A stretch of 64,000 nucleotides of DNA from Acanthaster planci. Lineage: Eukaryota. Position 1 is the stretch's first letter. Each line of letters opens with the position of its first letter. The translations under genes and the position numbers were made by a program. The DNA lies in the NCBI RefSeq assembly GCF_001949145.1, contig NW_019091356.1, positions 460,938-524,937 on the forward strand. Reading direction: 5' to 3'. The notes under the pieces were generated by a model. It was given only the letters and a program-made list of their open reading frames with translations, was not told where the DNA came from and ran no database searches. Positions 1 to 14,850 of the stretch are shown piece after piece.

Positions 1-1522
1 CAGGTGTCAGTTTTGTAATGATTATTGTTTCTTAATGATGGGTGCACTGTCAGATTAACCTAAATTACTTTCCATACCAAAACAACACATTCAACTGCAA
101 GTTTCTTATAAAGAACCTATAATTCTGGAATTGCATATTTTGTATGTGTTTGGGGGCATTCCCCTCTCAGCTATGTACAAAGTTGAAGAGTATGCCACTT
201 CAGAACTGGATATTGTGTGCTGATGTTGAAGATTAATGTTTAACTCAAAAGATCCACAATTGTTTGCTTGGTGTGTGTTTCAGTGCCAGCTGTGAGACTG
301 TCATCAATTTCAGTGAAATCATTAAGAAACGCAGAGGTTCATACAGTCCTACTCTCTCAGACTCCATAGTCAAAAGAAAAAATCATGAATGTCTATTGAA
401 ATGGACTGGCTAAAAGTGCAATGTTGAGAAGAACTTGCAGTATTTTATTTTTGGCCAATAAACAGACTTACAAGAAATTTAGGACCAAGGCTCTGAAAAC
501 ATTGCCCTTTTTATCCCATATTGAACAAATAATGTCATAAAAGGGATTATTGTTAAAACTCACGTGTGAAGAAAGGCTGCTATCTAAAATTAAGAACATT
601 TGTCAAATGTTTAATTTCAAATGAAGCTTTTTGTCTTGCCAACACAGATAATTGATGGTGCAAAGTGTACACGATTACTTCACCACTGTTTATTCCCCCT
701 CCCCCCCCGTGATGGACCGTCTAGTCAACAACATTTACTCAAGACCAGATAGCATCGCTGTCGTCTTCCCAACATCATCAATTTAAACCCTGCCAATCTG
801 AGGGCGCTTGAGTCACTGTCCGCATACGGTCAGTACTGACAGACGAGCAAGACGCTCAACGTAATGAGCTCGTTGGAGTGACAAAGGACACCACCCCCAC
901 ATACGGGCATTCTGATAACGTGCATCAGTCACGTTAATGTTTGACACGCGTCGGCGTGCAGACGAGTGTGTGTGTGTGTCAGAGTCTAAGAGAGGCTTTC
1001 TACTGCGTTGTCATTAATGAAGCCGTGAAAGGGATGACTCATCCAACCACAATAATAGCAGGATTGTCTGAAATATCGTAAAAGGGTCCTTGCACGCTGA
1101 AATTCTCAGCACAGTCATTACAACTTCAACTGTCAGAATTATTACGGCTTTTCTTTATTTGATGCCTCAGTTACACAGCTTTTACTGTAAGTTTAATGGT
1201 CTATATCAGTATATGCAGATAAGTGCCATATTGGACTAGAGGGATGCTTTAGCACTGCGGTTTTGTGAGGTAAAGGTGAATGCACTTTTGTGGAAGTAAA
1301 TTTGCATATTGAGTAGCTGCACTTGATATGAGAGATTAACAGAAATGAAGTGTGACATTGTTTTGTGTATAACCCAGATGGCTTCATTGGCCATGAAAAG
1401 TGGTTCTGGATCAATTCACATCCGTTTGCTCTCTTGTGCAAGAGATGCTTTGTCATTAAGCTGAAAAAGAGGATTTCATCCATTCTGGGACAGTTTCAGC
1501 TGTCCAGTTTGGTTTATACATG

Positions 1523-1647
1523 CAGACCTGCCAACCTGTCGTACTCCTTCCTGAGGTTAAGCATGAGCCCTCAGTTCATTTAAAATTCTAATCTAGTATG
1601 TGGTGATTCCTCACCGCAGGAAGGAGTTCGACAGGTTGGCAGGTATG
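1523..1647. mobile_element. MITE, 125 bp, with ~35-bp terminal inverted repeats
   Basis: The left arm CAGACCTGCCAACCTGTCGTACTCCTTCCTGAGGT matches the reverse complement of the right arm (CATACCTGCCAACCTGTCGAACTCCTTCCTGCGGT) with 3 mismatches. CA...TG termini; TSD not clean. Confidence 0.75.
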
Positions 1648-4600
1648 TACATCATAGTTGTGCTTGTTTCTCTGTATCAATACTTGGCCAGATATTGCTT
1701 TAATATTTCCGGAGGTTGTCAACAACATGTACTTCAGTCATATTTCCTTGCTAAACTTGTCTGCTTAATGTCCACCTTTGAACGCTTATCTATCTGCTGT
1801 ATCTTGGGTCATCCCCTTCCACCTTGACAGATGGTAGTCATCAAACTTGAATCTGTTGACAGAGACTTTGCTTCCAAACGTGCCATCCACCCATCCAAGC
1901 TTTACCGATCTCACAAACGCTCCCCAAGAAAATAAATGCCACCATAAACATTATTGCAACTAATTCGCTACCCAGTGATTATTTAGGATTCTTTGGGAGT
2001 GTTTGGCATTACAATCAGGGCAGTTGGGAGAAACAGCGTCTGGATTTATTGAGGCACGCTCAGATAGTTCCTGTCAGCGTAATTCAGATCTTGACTGAGT
2101 GAATGTTCAGTGATTTCTTTCAATTAATGGAGTGTCCTAGATATAATAGGTAATTCTTGTCAAGAATTCATTGGGTGACATTTTAAAATAAGTGCCACTC
2201 TGCTGTTTTATTATGATCTGTGAGAGATTGGGTTACAAAGAGAAACTTGCTCAGTTCTGTTTTGCAACTGTTGTATCCTGATGAAACTCTCCTGCTTTTA
2301 TCAAGAGAGTGAATAACAATGTTTGAAAATAGTTTACAAATTGTTGATACTCCTAGTCATTCCTGGGACAGTCCAGGCAGTCAATACTGGTCACAAAAGT
2401 GTACCCTTTTATTGAATGGAAATGATTTAAATATTCCAATTGATTCTCACTGTCTTTAGCAGTCTATTCAAACTTACTCCTTCCCACCCCCAAGAGTATG
2501 ATAAGCTTCAATTAATCACATTGTTGAAAGGCAAAGGATCTCTTTCCCCAAATGAATGTTCCACAGTGTCAAGCAAATATATCACCAATAGAAAAAGCTT
2601 CGAACCAGTAACATAGACCCTATATTCTTCACCCTTCAGTTTTCCTTGTTTCACCAAGTTATTGGAGACCGTTAGACCTCATTGCCTAAAGCTCTACCAT
2701 CCAGCGTTACATATACAGGGTTGATTTTGCCCTCCAAAACTCTACCCCACCCAGAAGTACTAAAAAAAAAATTGTCTGCAGTTGAGGGTTTACAATTACC
2801 AGCCCAATGACTGCAACAAAATGTCCAGGAACTAACACCCGCAAGCTAATCACTGTGGTGTCAAATATACCGTACACCCCCGCAAAACAAAATTATTCCC
2901 AAACCCTGCAGTTTTCCATCCAGGTTTTTCCCTCCAAGTTTGCTGGTTTTATTTTTCCTTGACATCGTCAATTTACAGGCCAGTCTTCATTACCAGTGCT
3001 CTGAGTTTGCCGGCAGCATTTCACCTGCTGACTTGGTCAGACCCCTTTGGAGATTTCTAATGATTCTTCTGGGGATCCTGTCTTATTTGTTGTCTAGTAT
3101 CCCAAACCCTTGCTGCCATCAAACCACCCCCCCTCCTTTCCCTGGACACATTGTGGTGGAGGGTGATTAAACATCTTCACAGTAGGACCCAGGCTGTGTG
3201 TCTGGAGGAAGAAGAGGCAAATTAATTAGTGGGTGATCGACCGACCGTAGTCACGCTCGCATCGTCGGTGCAATAGCTGTAGGGAGAGAGAAAGAACAAA
3301 GAAATTGATGTGCATTGAGGCCAATCTGTTGCAACTTTTTTAAGGAGGAAATCATTATCAGTTGACTTGCTGCGAGGTGTTTTTCCGAACCAGGGCAAGC
3401 AATAATGTATTGGAAGTGAAATGAGATGGAAAATAGCTGAACTTATCTTGGTAAAATTTCGAAGACACTTTCAACATGATATTTTTTCCTTTCCAATCTT
3501 GAAAATGTTATGACTATTGTTTTCCCAATTGCATGTGCTAGTGTCTGTTTTAATGACATGTAAAACTTGAAATGCAAAAGTTTTTGTGTTTGTATTTTAC
3601 TTTTACACTATATTCTAGTAAATCTTGTAAAAAATAAAAAGAACCATTAATAGACATCACATATTCACGTTTTCCAATTATTTGATCCTCTCCAGAAGCT
3701 CAAACATTTCATTTTCAAGTTGTTTTGAATGTCATGCTTATTCTTGAACTGGAGAACTAACGGATGACAGCTCCAACATTTGCAGTTCATGTGAAACCCA
3801 TGTCTTTTGTCTTTTTTCCCTTACAGTCGTTGCAGACATTGACTTGCTAATTAGAGTTTGTTTTGTGCAGAGCCAAAGCTGATTTGGATTGCAAGATTCT
3901 CCCGTAAACCACTCCCTGGGGTTTTGTGCTTGTCTTACATTAGCATGATTCTTTATTGGCTTGTATTTCTTCCAAGCTCCTTACGGATAAATCCCCATGT
4001 TCTTTTTTATGATATTCATACCACTGCTAGTCTCAAGCGACAAAGCCAAATGGCCCGGCGATGAGAGACAACCTTTACATTTTTCTAGTCATGATAGCCA
4101 TTTTTATATTTTCCTCCAGAGTTATTGATGTTCCAAGAGGCAATGACCAGGAATTCTACACAAAGGGAATAAATTTTGATTATGCTAGGAAATTATGAAT
4201 CCTGCTCGTAAATCTTTTTGACAGTTGTTTGACAAGTGTTGGGGAGGGGCCATGTGCAGTTCACAGAGCATACAAACACTTTTAGTTTTGCTATTAATGC
4301 CTTCAAAAAGCAGACTCTTATGGTTGGCTTGAGATGATGTAATTAGTTTCATATTGAAGAGTAACTTTCCCTAAGTTTTGGAACAGAGGTTGTGATAAAT
4401 TTGCTTTTGGTAATCTTTGTTCTGTTTTCCCTTTATTGTGATTTTCACAGAGGTCATGTCGTGCAGTATGAAAGAAATTTTAAAAAATCAGTCTTGTCTA
4501 GCTGGCAGTTTGAAAGAACATAGGCCCTTCTACATGAGATGTTGACAAGACACACATTAAAGAAAATCAAATCATGTTTTTGCCTTGACATCTTGCTAAC

Positions 4601-5495
4601 CTGTGGCTGTTCACAGGTGCATCTGGAAAGACCCAGCAATCTATAAAATGACTGTGGACTTTCTCATATTGATTTTTCTCTCCCCGTTTTGTTCCATTTC
4701 TGTGTGATTTAGCTTCAAGTCACAAGATTTACCAATCATTTTTGGGTTGTCATTTTACCAATATTTCCTGAGGCATATCAAAACACACCGCTCAGTCCCC
4801 CGCAGGCATGCTGAGGTGTAATTAAGTTTGAGGTGGTAATGTGGTTTGGTTGGAAGCCACATCTCATTCCGACTTTGCCAGTCAGCCCAAAATATCGCAT
4901 GATTGAGCATATATATACCAGAGGGTGTGGGAGGCAAAGAAGGAACCAACCATTTGAGTTGGGGGATGACATTTCTGGAAGGGGTGGGTGTCATTTTAAA
5001 ATCAAAACAAGATCCTGAAAATCATCAAAAAGGGGTTGGTTGGTAAGTCAGGATATACATTAGTGCAACTGAGGTAACAAGAATTGTCCAAAGTTGTCAC
5101 TATTCCCAGTTCGGAGAGTACAAATCAAGTGGAAACTCTTGGCTAAGCTTTATTCTGAGTAGGTTTCTGCATAGCAGTACCTGACTTATGTGACACACCT
5201 ACTTGATATGTTGCATGTTGCCTCTCCATAAAACTGGTCCACTCTTGGGACTAATTCTGAAGTTCCACACTGGACAGAAACATTTTCACCGCGATAGTAC
5301 CGAGAGAGTTGTTTTACATATTATAGCCTGTTGCCATTCTAACATCCATTTTGTTGTCAACAATACTTTTAAAACCTGTTCAATGTAGCAAAATGCACAT
5401 GTTGTCTGTGCCATCAACATTTTCACCAGTGTTGTTACATGTTTATACAACATCAAATTACGTGTAAATTGTAATGTAAAGGGTGTAACTTCAGA

Positions 5496-6074
5496 CTTCA
5501 GTTGATATAGGGTACCTTCAGTTAATATAGGGTACGTTCAGTTAATATGGGGTACCTTCGGTTAATATGGGGTACCTTCAGTTAATACAGGGTAACCTTC
5601 AGTTAATATGGGGTACCTTCAGTTAATATGGGGTACCTTCAGTTAATATGGGATAATTTCAGTTAATATGGGGTACCTTCAGTTAATATGGGGTACCTTC
5701 AGTTAATATGGGGTACCTTCAGTTAATATGGGGTACCTTCAGTTAATATGGGATACCTTCAGTTAATACAGGGTACCCTCAGTTAATACGGGGTACCTTC
5801 AGTTAATATCAGGTACCCTCAGTTAATATGGGGTTCCTTCAGTTAATATGGGGTACCTTCAGTTAATACGGGGTACCTTCAGTTAATACGGGGTACCTTC
5901 AGTTAATATCAGGTACCCTCAGTTAATGTGGGGTACCTTCAGTTAATACGGGGTATCTTCAGTTAATACGGGGTACCTTCAGTTAATATGGGTACCTTCA
6001 GTTAATATGGGGTACCTTCAGTTAATATGGGTACCTACAGCTAATATGGGGTACCTTCAGTTAATATGGGTACC
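5496..6074. repeat. Minisatellite, ~29 copies of the 20-bp unit CTTCAGTTAATATGGGGTAC
   Basis: Direct head-to-tail repeats with point variants and a few 19/21-bp units; no unique spacers. Confidence 0.97.
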
Positions 6075-7130
6075 AGTGCATTCAAGTTCACAGTTATTCA
6101 GAAGAGGATCAGGTATCTTTTTTACAATGCCCAACCAATAAGAGGTGCTTTAAGTAACCAGAACACACACAAAGCTGTGACTCACTGCTTTTCCCTCACA
6201 TTTATGGATTTTTCCCAATATATTTGTATTTTTCATCTGTTGGCCCCATTTCTCCTCCCCTTCCTCATTCCCTGCCTTTAGTGAAGCCACTGGTCATTTC
6301 CAGGGTAGGTAGTTGATTCATTTTCGGTGGAATGCTTCATTTCCCCTACACACACACCCTAGTATTAATCTTCTCCTCCTTCCATCACCTTTTTTCTTTA
6401 CATCCTGTCCTTCTCCTCCAGAAGCAAACCCACTCTTCTCCCCATCCTGTTCGCATGAATTAAGGATCATCCGCCCTCTGGCAGTCTGTGTCACAAATAG
6501 TGGCTTTCACGGCTCCAAGCTGTTGATACTAGACCAGAATGGGTTTATGCCACCCTCTGGCTTTTTCAGTAGATTTTTTTTTTTTTCGCTCAACATCTTT
6601 GCTTTTGAGTTGGCATTGCCCAGTCTGAGACTGTCGGAATCCCCGGTGTGCTTCAACTGTGAATACAGTATGCAGTGCCTGCTGGTACCGTCATTAGTTG
6701 ACTCAGAGTGGGAGAGAGACAGACAGAGACAGATTTAAAGTGCTAGAGAAGAATTGTCTTGAAGGAAAAAGTGTGGAGAAGCCCTGTTGTAAGAGTTGAA
6801 TCTTGAGAGGACGCAAAGTGGAGATTATTTGGGAGGAGTAGCAAGGGAGGAGGGGGCCACTTTGCTCTGAGATGAACTTAAGACATTTTCTCAAGACTGA
6901 GAAAATATTGGCTTTTGGAAAGAATGGCTTGCAGGGTTCTGTCCATCACATCACAATCTCTCTGGACATGTGAGGCGAGACGTGTTCCACTTTGGGAGAT
7001 TGAACGACTAGCCATTCTGATTTTTGTGTTGGTATCTGGGAATTCCAGAAAATTACAGAACTTGAACAAATTGGCATGCCAAATTAAGTTTAACAAGTTT
7101 CCTTAATATTTCACAATAAGTTGATCTTTT

Positions 7131-7155
7131 GAGATGAGATGAGATGAGATGAGAT
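7131..7155. repeat. (GAGAT)5 microsatellite
   Basis: Direct reading of the sequence. Confidence 0.9.
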
Positions 7156-10100
7156 TATTCAACCAATGAAAGACAGTTAAAAAACAGTTAGCATCAGTAA
7201 TTAACTTGTTCCTTGAGCTCTCAATAAAACATACAAAAATACAAAGGTAACGTTGGTATTACTAAATATTAAATACAAGTACAAAACTAAAGTATCTTGT
7301 TTTTGCACCCCGATTAATACCATCACTTTTTTACAAATTCAGCTGGTCTCTCAAGATAGATGTGTGATCAAGAACCAGTTTGTCGACTCTTTTGAATTGT
7401 TCATCCATTTTTAATTGTGCTTAGTTTGAATCTGTGATTTTTTTTAGTTTTTGTAGATTTTTTAACAATAAATTGAATTAGGAAGGTCAAGTCTCTAAAC
7501 TTAATTGAGCTGCTTGTGTGAAGAGGTAAGATACACAAGGTCTTCATAACTGGAAGTGGGTAATCTTTGGAGACAAGCCCTTTATATGCATGCCAAAGAC
7601 AGGAAAATTTCTGGAGAGCATTTTCTCATTTGTGAAAAGTCTTCCATTCATTCAGAAGTTCTCTCAGCATCGATTTGCTTGTGCCATTCCATCTCATCCA
7701 GGTACACAAACATTCCCTTGGGGATCCAACAGCAAACTGTACCCTCCCCACCAAATCTACCAAGTGTCCTCACTTGATTTACACAGCCTATTCCCTCCCA
7801 ACCCTTTCCTCTTTCCCCAGTCCCACACACCCTCAATCCATTCATGGCTTCAGTCATCACTTCATCCCTACCGTACACCCAGGGTCTTTACAACGATGGA
7901 GGAAGGAAAACAGACAACCAATCTCCTAGTAACTGGTCCACATGCATTTTGGCTGGTTCCCCTACCCCTTTTCACCTGCTTTCTTTATAAACAGATTTCA
8001 CATTTGATCACCAGCATGCAGTGACTTAAAGGAAGAAGATTAAATCAAGACGCAGTTTGTATTGATCTGTATGGTTTGCTCAATAGTGACTCACACCGTT
8101 CGTAGTTAGGTGGAACTGGATGCTGGTATAGCACACTGTAAAACAGCCTAAGGGAATACATTACCATCACGTGCCTGACACATGAGCAGTTGATACATTT
8201 CAACATTTCCTAGTGAGGCTGGTCATCAATCCACATTGACATGAGTGAAAATCTCTGGATGTGTGGCTTTGCAGTGAAATAACCATTTTACTTTTGATCA
8301 TCCTTAGTGATATCAAGATAAATTACCCTTTCTTTAAAACTTGCTCTCAGTATTCATGCATTTTCCCAAGCAGGTTTAGATCAAAACACTGCTTTATTTG
8401 AGAATATCTTGTTTTATTTATTTTGGATGAACTGATTAACAAGTTATTCTTTACATTTTGTGCTTTGTGAATAAATACTTTTTTTAACCAGATTGAAATC
8501 ATATATTCCCTGGAGAAAGGATTTGTCAGTACAAACATGAATTGTTCATCTTCTCCTTGTAGGACTGTTGCAGATCTCTGTATTTAAAACAAAAAAATGC
8601 TCAAAACCTATTTGCACAGTTGGGGCAGAAATTTGAGCAGAAAATAATGTGCAGTAAAATTTTCCAGGTATTGGTTGGCATTCAGAGGTAACCAATTTCT
8701 TAGCTGAACAAGTATTTTTTTTTCTTCCTTTTTTTTTTAAAGAAAACCTCATACACCTTGCATAGCAGCTCTACATCCCATACATGTAGTCTTGTGGTTC
8801 ACTACTGCGACTGACTAAATTCATTCTCAGCATGACTGGTCAGGCCCATCTTCCATTTGCCAGGTGCTGCTGTATTTTTTACCCAAACAAACATTCATGA
8901 TCTCCATGCCAATATCTCACCCTCACCGAGGGTCGTTGACTCACCGGTCCCCGACAGAGGGTTACCAGTAAACAATCTGTGGGTGTCTCAGTGTTCTGAA
9001 TTCATCAGAGCTTCATGTGGCGTTCCAAGGATGGGGAACTACTGTAAAATAGATGTATACAACGATGGAGAGTTTAGAAAAGTGAAAGGAGACTGAAGTA
9101 TGAATATTTCATCTACAGATGTATTCTTGTTTGATCAGTGGTTGGACACAAAAAGAAGTATTACATTTGAATTTCAATCACTTCGCTAACTGTACGCTAA
9201 GCCTAATATTCAAGCATTTGACTTGAGTAACAGTGTTTCAACTTTTTAAATATTTTGCAATTGGCCAATTTTTATAAAGGCCTGTGTTTACTAGTTGTTC
9301 CTTTTGAGGAACAGAAAGTTTGACACAAAACTTTCCCAAAAAAGAAAAGCAAGCCAGGGCAATTCTTTTCTCATTTTCAAGCTGTGCCATGGTAGGCCTA
9401 TTGGGCATTATTCAAAGTGACTGACAAAATGATTATTGCCTCTCAAGAAATGCTTCCTTACTGTAGGACAATTAAATAAGATTTAAATGAAAACAGAAGA
9501 CCAGAGTAATGAATGCTGCACGTTCTTGAGAGATACCTCCACCATCTGACCGAGGAAAAAAATGGTATTGCTCCAAAGAGATGGATTTCAGTGTCCACAT
9601 GTTTAGATAACTGAGTCAACATTGTGGACTAACATTCTTAACTGTATTCGTGTAAGATATTTGTCATTATTACAGAATCACTTCCGAAAGAATCAACCTT
9701 TGTTCTCTCTGCTCAAGCTGTTTGTATTATCTTCTTTGTCGATTGCTCAGTTAGATCAGCAAATAAGGTTTTAGGATTGTTTCAACAGTGGATGGTTAGT
9801 TCACATTGGTCTTTGATTTATCACCCTTGTCCCAATGCAAATATCAAAAACACCGACCACGTTCAGCTCTCATCCTGCGCATCTTTGCAGAAGCGGCAAC
9901 TGATCTTTTTTACCCTCGGTGAACAGGAAAGAACAAGGAGCGCACACTTCAGTGATTAATTTTTGGTTACTAAGGAGCATTCAATGACGCCATGTCAGTT
10001 CTGTGATTGATTCCCCAAATCATGCCCAAATGTAGTGTTGAGAGTTTATAGAGATGCACATTAATCTGATCAAGGCAAAAGATTGAACACTCTCAGACCT

Positions 10101-13100
10101 TGTTATCCAATATAATCAGAGTGGAATCGAGTTTGATACATTTGGATCTTTTGTCAGTGGTAACAAACATACCGCTGTGCTTACTATGGTGGGCATTTTT
10201 TTCATCTAGAGTGTACACTATCCACGAAATTGAGATTCTTGTTTTTAATTTTAGTTGTGGGTTCACCAGGGTACATCTTAACCATCAAATGGTTTAAACT
10301 GTGGTGTCACATCTATGGCACATATGTGCCTCATGCATGAGTGAGAACAGTTCTTCATGAGAATGTATGTCAGAGTTAGAACAGTTGGGATCAGCTTTCC
10401 ATCACACAAATGGTGTAAGGTGCACATGGCATAAAGTACATGACCCCAAAATGCGCTAGTCCAAATTGAAGCTTGTGTGTAATGAAGTGTTTTATAATTG
10501 ACGATGCACCAATGCATAATGCATGTACACATGGCTAGGCTGAGGCAAAGAGCTCTTAAGCTTTTTAAACGCAACTAATCCATGTTGCCATTGGCACTCC
10601 ATTAGAAATTCATGTTGCCAAGCAACTGCATTCTTTAAATGATAGATGCAACAATAGTCTATCAGTCTGTGTCAAATTCTGATTGGTCGAGAAGCCTTAT
10701 TTGAAGTTAGACACAATCCATGAACCAGAATTCAGAATTTATTCTTGGCAGATTTCATCAGGAAATGTTGCTGATTGTAATTTTGGAGAGGTGTAGGATG
10801 TTCATGTACGATTTCCTTTCCTAAAGATTTTCTTTGAACACTTACACTTGGGCTGGGATCTTGTGTTCAAAACTGCCATGGCATCATTAATCAAATCACT
10901 TGATTGATCCATCCAGACATTTTCAAAGCTAATTTAGCAGAAAATTGGGGTACATGAAGAGAAACTGGGGGACAGGGAGGCAAGGAAATGAATAGGGCTG
11001 CACTAGAAGAGTCAGGAAAAAAAAGATCAGAAAGACATCAAAACGTAAGAATGGAAACTGATACTGGGATGAGAAATGTGATGGTAGGTGGAGATGACAA
11101 GATTGGGGGGAAAGCCATCATCCCTTGAGGGAAGGAGAACTGCCCAAGATGGTTGCCATCGACTGATTCACACTCCACCTCCCATCACTGCTGGGGATAT
11201 GCATGAAGGAAGGAGGGATATGGTAACAACTAGCAAAGATGGGAAGCAAAAGCGTTATTATTACTGGGGGTCATCTTAGACAAATTTACAAGGCCTTAGG
11301 GGACTGGCTCTGTTTGTGGGTTAATTACTCTAGACTTGGGGGACACTAAATTGGAAATACCCCCTGTTGGTTTGCATCAAGCGATTGAAGCGAGGAATGT
11401 TTACCTTGATTTGTCAAATTATTGATCATCCAATTTAGATTTGAGGCTCTACTGTCCTCTGTGCTGTCTTATCTTATCTACTGTCTGTGCAACCAGTTAT
11501 GGATACAGGCAGTTAAAAAAAAATTGAGAAGATCATTCCCAGCATGGATGAATAAATGAAAGAAATAACTGTGGAGAAAATTTGAGCTCTAGAAATTTCC
11601 TGAATGAATTCAAAGTAAGTTGAGGTAATGAAAGGATTGATGTAGGATTGAAACTTCTTGTTAAAGCCGGAAGAATTTGTATGGGAAGCTATCTACCTCA
11701 GAATAACAGAAATCCAGTTGGCCAAAAAGTTCTGATAGTTTAAGTTTGTTCCACTGCGCAGTATCAAGAATGGTCTGGTGCTGCATCATTAGTTCCACTG
11801 TATTGCCTGCAATCCCAGATACATGTAGGTGCAAAGTAACAGTTAAGCAAGGTTCCCTCACCAAAATGAAAGGTTTTACTGGCAGTTTGCGATATTGCGT
11901 TTGTGAAACATGAATCACCATGCCATATATGCTGATTTAGTTTGAGATAGTAAATCCTTTGTTACAATACTTTATTTGTAGGACTTCATGTTTCCTTCAC
12001 AATAGAATACTTGAAAAGGGAGAGCACATGTAGGGAACTTTTTTGGACTGGATATCCTTAAAAGGAAGTGATTAATTGCATGTGTTTGGAAATCTTTGAT
12101 TGTTGTATAACAGTAGTTGTCCTTTGGATCGGACTGATACTTTCTATTTTCAGTTTTATTTTTTGTTGTTCTTCCCTTTTTTGATATTTTTATGTGCCCA
12201 TTTCGAGGTCGATTCAGTCATTAGAATTGATTTCTCAGCCATCTTTTTGGGAAAGACACAATTCTATCCCAAAAGGGTTGTTTATGAAAAAATCCATAGC
12301 AATCACACGGACCAATAGCATTCAGTGGTGGTAGCGGCAACATGCGTCAGGCTGGTGTGTGCATATTATGGAGACGGCGGTACGATTCTCAAGGCTAGCG
12401 GCGCCTTTGATCTCCGAGAAACGTGATGGATTGGAGAAGAATATATTAGTAACAATGGCAGGGTTGCCTGACTTCAGAGAAGGGGGAAATGGAATAGACA
12501 ATACTACAAACAAGGCTTCTGGGTCAGCTAGTGACTGCTGAGTATTACTGCATTGATGTCATATCAATTAATTGGTTTTATTGTTTCTCTTCAAGTAACT
12601 CTTTTACCTGTGATTATTTGTTGAATCACAGTTTTGAGTTGTAGCAGAGGCTATTGTCAAGCTACCGATAAATATTTATATTTACGGGTTTGATATTAAG
12701 ATCCTTCAACTTAATACGATGGTAACGTTTCTGAGTAACTGCAAGCTGAGAGCTTGTGAAGCATACTTGATTTTCTGGAACTGAGTTATCAGTTTTGGAA
12801 TGTAAACTGTGGAAGGAATCTGTCAGTAGCATTACTTTGAACACCCTCTGGCAAAGCCCTACCACGGTGTCATAAATTTTATCAATGTTTATCAGTGTTT
12901 ACATTCAATCGGAGAAAGTATATATCACACAGCACCTGGAGGTATTCATATGAAACACACGCCGCCCTACTAACTGGGGTTCTAGACTGGCGGCTGTTCA
13001 ATCAGTGGGCATTTTTTATGAATGGTTCATCCTTAGCATAGTAAGATTGATCAGAGCCCTGGCTGTACAGAATGGCATCTGCCTGTGCTTCCAATTTGTC

Positions 13101-14850
13101 CACCAATGCTGTGGATTCATCCAGACGGTTTAACTTGATTGAGTGCTTGACTGAACAATGCTGACTTCCAAAATGACAGGAAGCACAGATGATGCCCGCC
13201 TCTCCTTTTGTTTTTTTCTTAGTTCCATGGTCTCTTTGTCTCCTGAGCTCCATCCTTTTCCATTCAGTTGATTTGCCACTGACTGGCCCTAACCGACCGG
13301 CCAACCGCCTGCCGAGATAAGGGACCATTGATGTGAAGGATTCATCACCGTGACTTCACGGATCGTTTCTTTCACAATGAAAGACCCCCCCCACCCACCC
13401 AGTTGTTCTAGGCGGGTGAAAAATTGCAAATTATTGCAAAGAGAATGGCTTGTGACATGTTTTTCGGTAGAGCTTGAGTTGTGACAATTTACAGACAAGT
13501 TGATATGTGTTGAAAGCATCAATTAACTACTGACCCAGGAATGAGTCAGAACAGTAATGCCATGAATAATGATCTCAAATGAAAAATAAGAAAAAAATCC
13601 AAGACAACCCTTTCTTATGCAAGCATAATGTATTCAGAATAACAGAAATGAAATCAAATTATTCAGCGCTCATTTTTTGTTAAAAAAAATTATGCAGTTG
13701 ATTTGGACTTTTGGAAATACATGGTCTCAGCTTAAATCAAAAGTATTTGAAGTTACTTTTGTAAAGTATTTTTTCGGACTTGTTGTTTTATTCAGTGCCA
13801 AAATGAATGATTGGATAACTATTTCAGATACCTAGCCTTTCAAAATCAGAGAGTGCCATTACTGCACAATTCCATTTTGGAAAGAGTGTACAAAAAAATC
13901 ATTTTAAGTAGGAATTTTTCTCAAGTAAATATATGAGATGTAACTCACTCATCCTGGATAAACTTTACATTTCTTATTCTAGAAAAATCAGCAAAATTTG
14001 ACAAATGTGACGACTTGGAAAAAATTCATTGCTTAAAATTACATTGAAGTCATAGGACTTCAACTTTCTCAGCATACAGACATTGATAGGTTTGTCATCA
14101 TCAACATCTCCCTCTCGAAATCATGATTGTTACCAGTGACAATCTATACACTGACCTTGGTTATAATAGCTGACAGTATAGTGTCCATATTCCCTCCAAA
14201 GGAGAAGCAAGCATGACTCATCGTTAACAATTTCCCCCTTTTTGGTCATTTACCATATGCCTCATCTCTAGTATGGCAGAAAGGCTTGTCATATAACCTT
14301 GACTTTATGAGTTTCCATGGCAACAGCATCTGATACTGGTAGCCCCTCTCATTTTTGATACTTTCTATCTATGTTTCATTACATGTGTTAATAATCCTCC
14401 TGTTTTCTTTATAAGATACATTATGGTCGTACTCGCCTACTCATACCTCAGCTGTTAGTGTGACAGATTTCAAAAGTTTGGGGCTGATAAGAGTCATAAG
14501 ATAAATTATAACTTTCAATCATGCTTGTGATTTATTTTGACCACAACAGGTTTTGAGAAGCTGAAAAGTTTTTGTGATGTCTTCAAAAACTTAATAGAAT
14601 AGATGTGAGATTGTGTTTAAAGAAGACATCTTGTCATCCATTTTTTCATGAAATCACTCTCTTACCAGAGTGTCCTTCAGTTTGGTTTCTTGTAGTATCT
14701 TGATTATTTTGTTTTTCTGCTCAAAGTGTCAATAGTTTTATGGAGAGGTTGTAAACTTTTCAGTATCTCAATGATAACTTTATGGTTTTCTTGCAGTAGG
14801 ATTTATAAGAAGTCATTTCAGTTACACTCGAAACCCAATGTCACACTTTT

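Noticed and set aside
5496..6074. CRISPR array
   Set aside because: Units are contiguous with no unique spacers, there are no cas genes, and the context is eukaryotic. It is a minisatellite.
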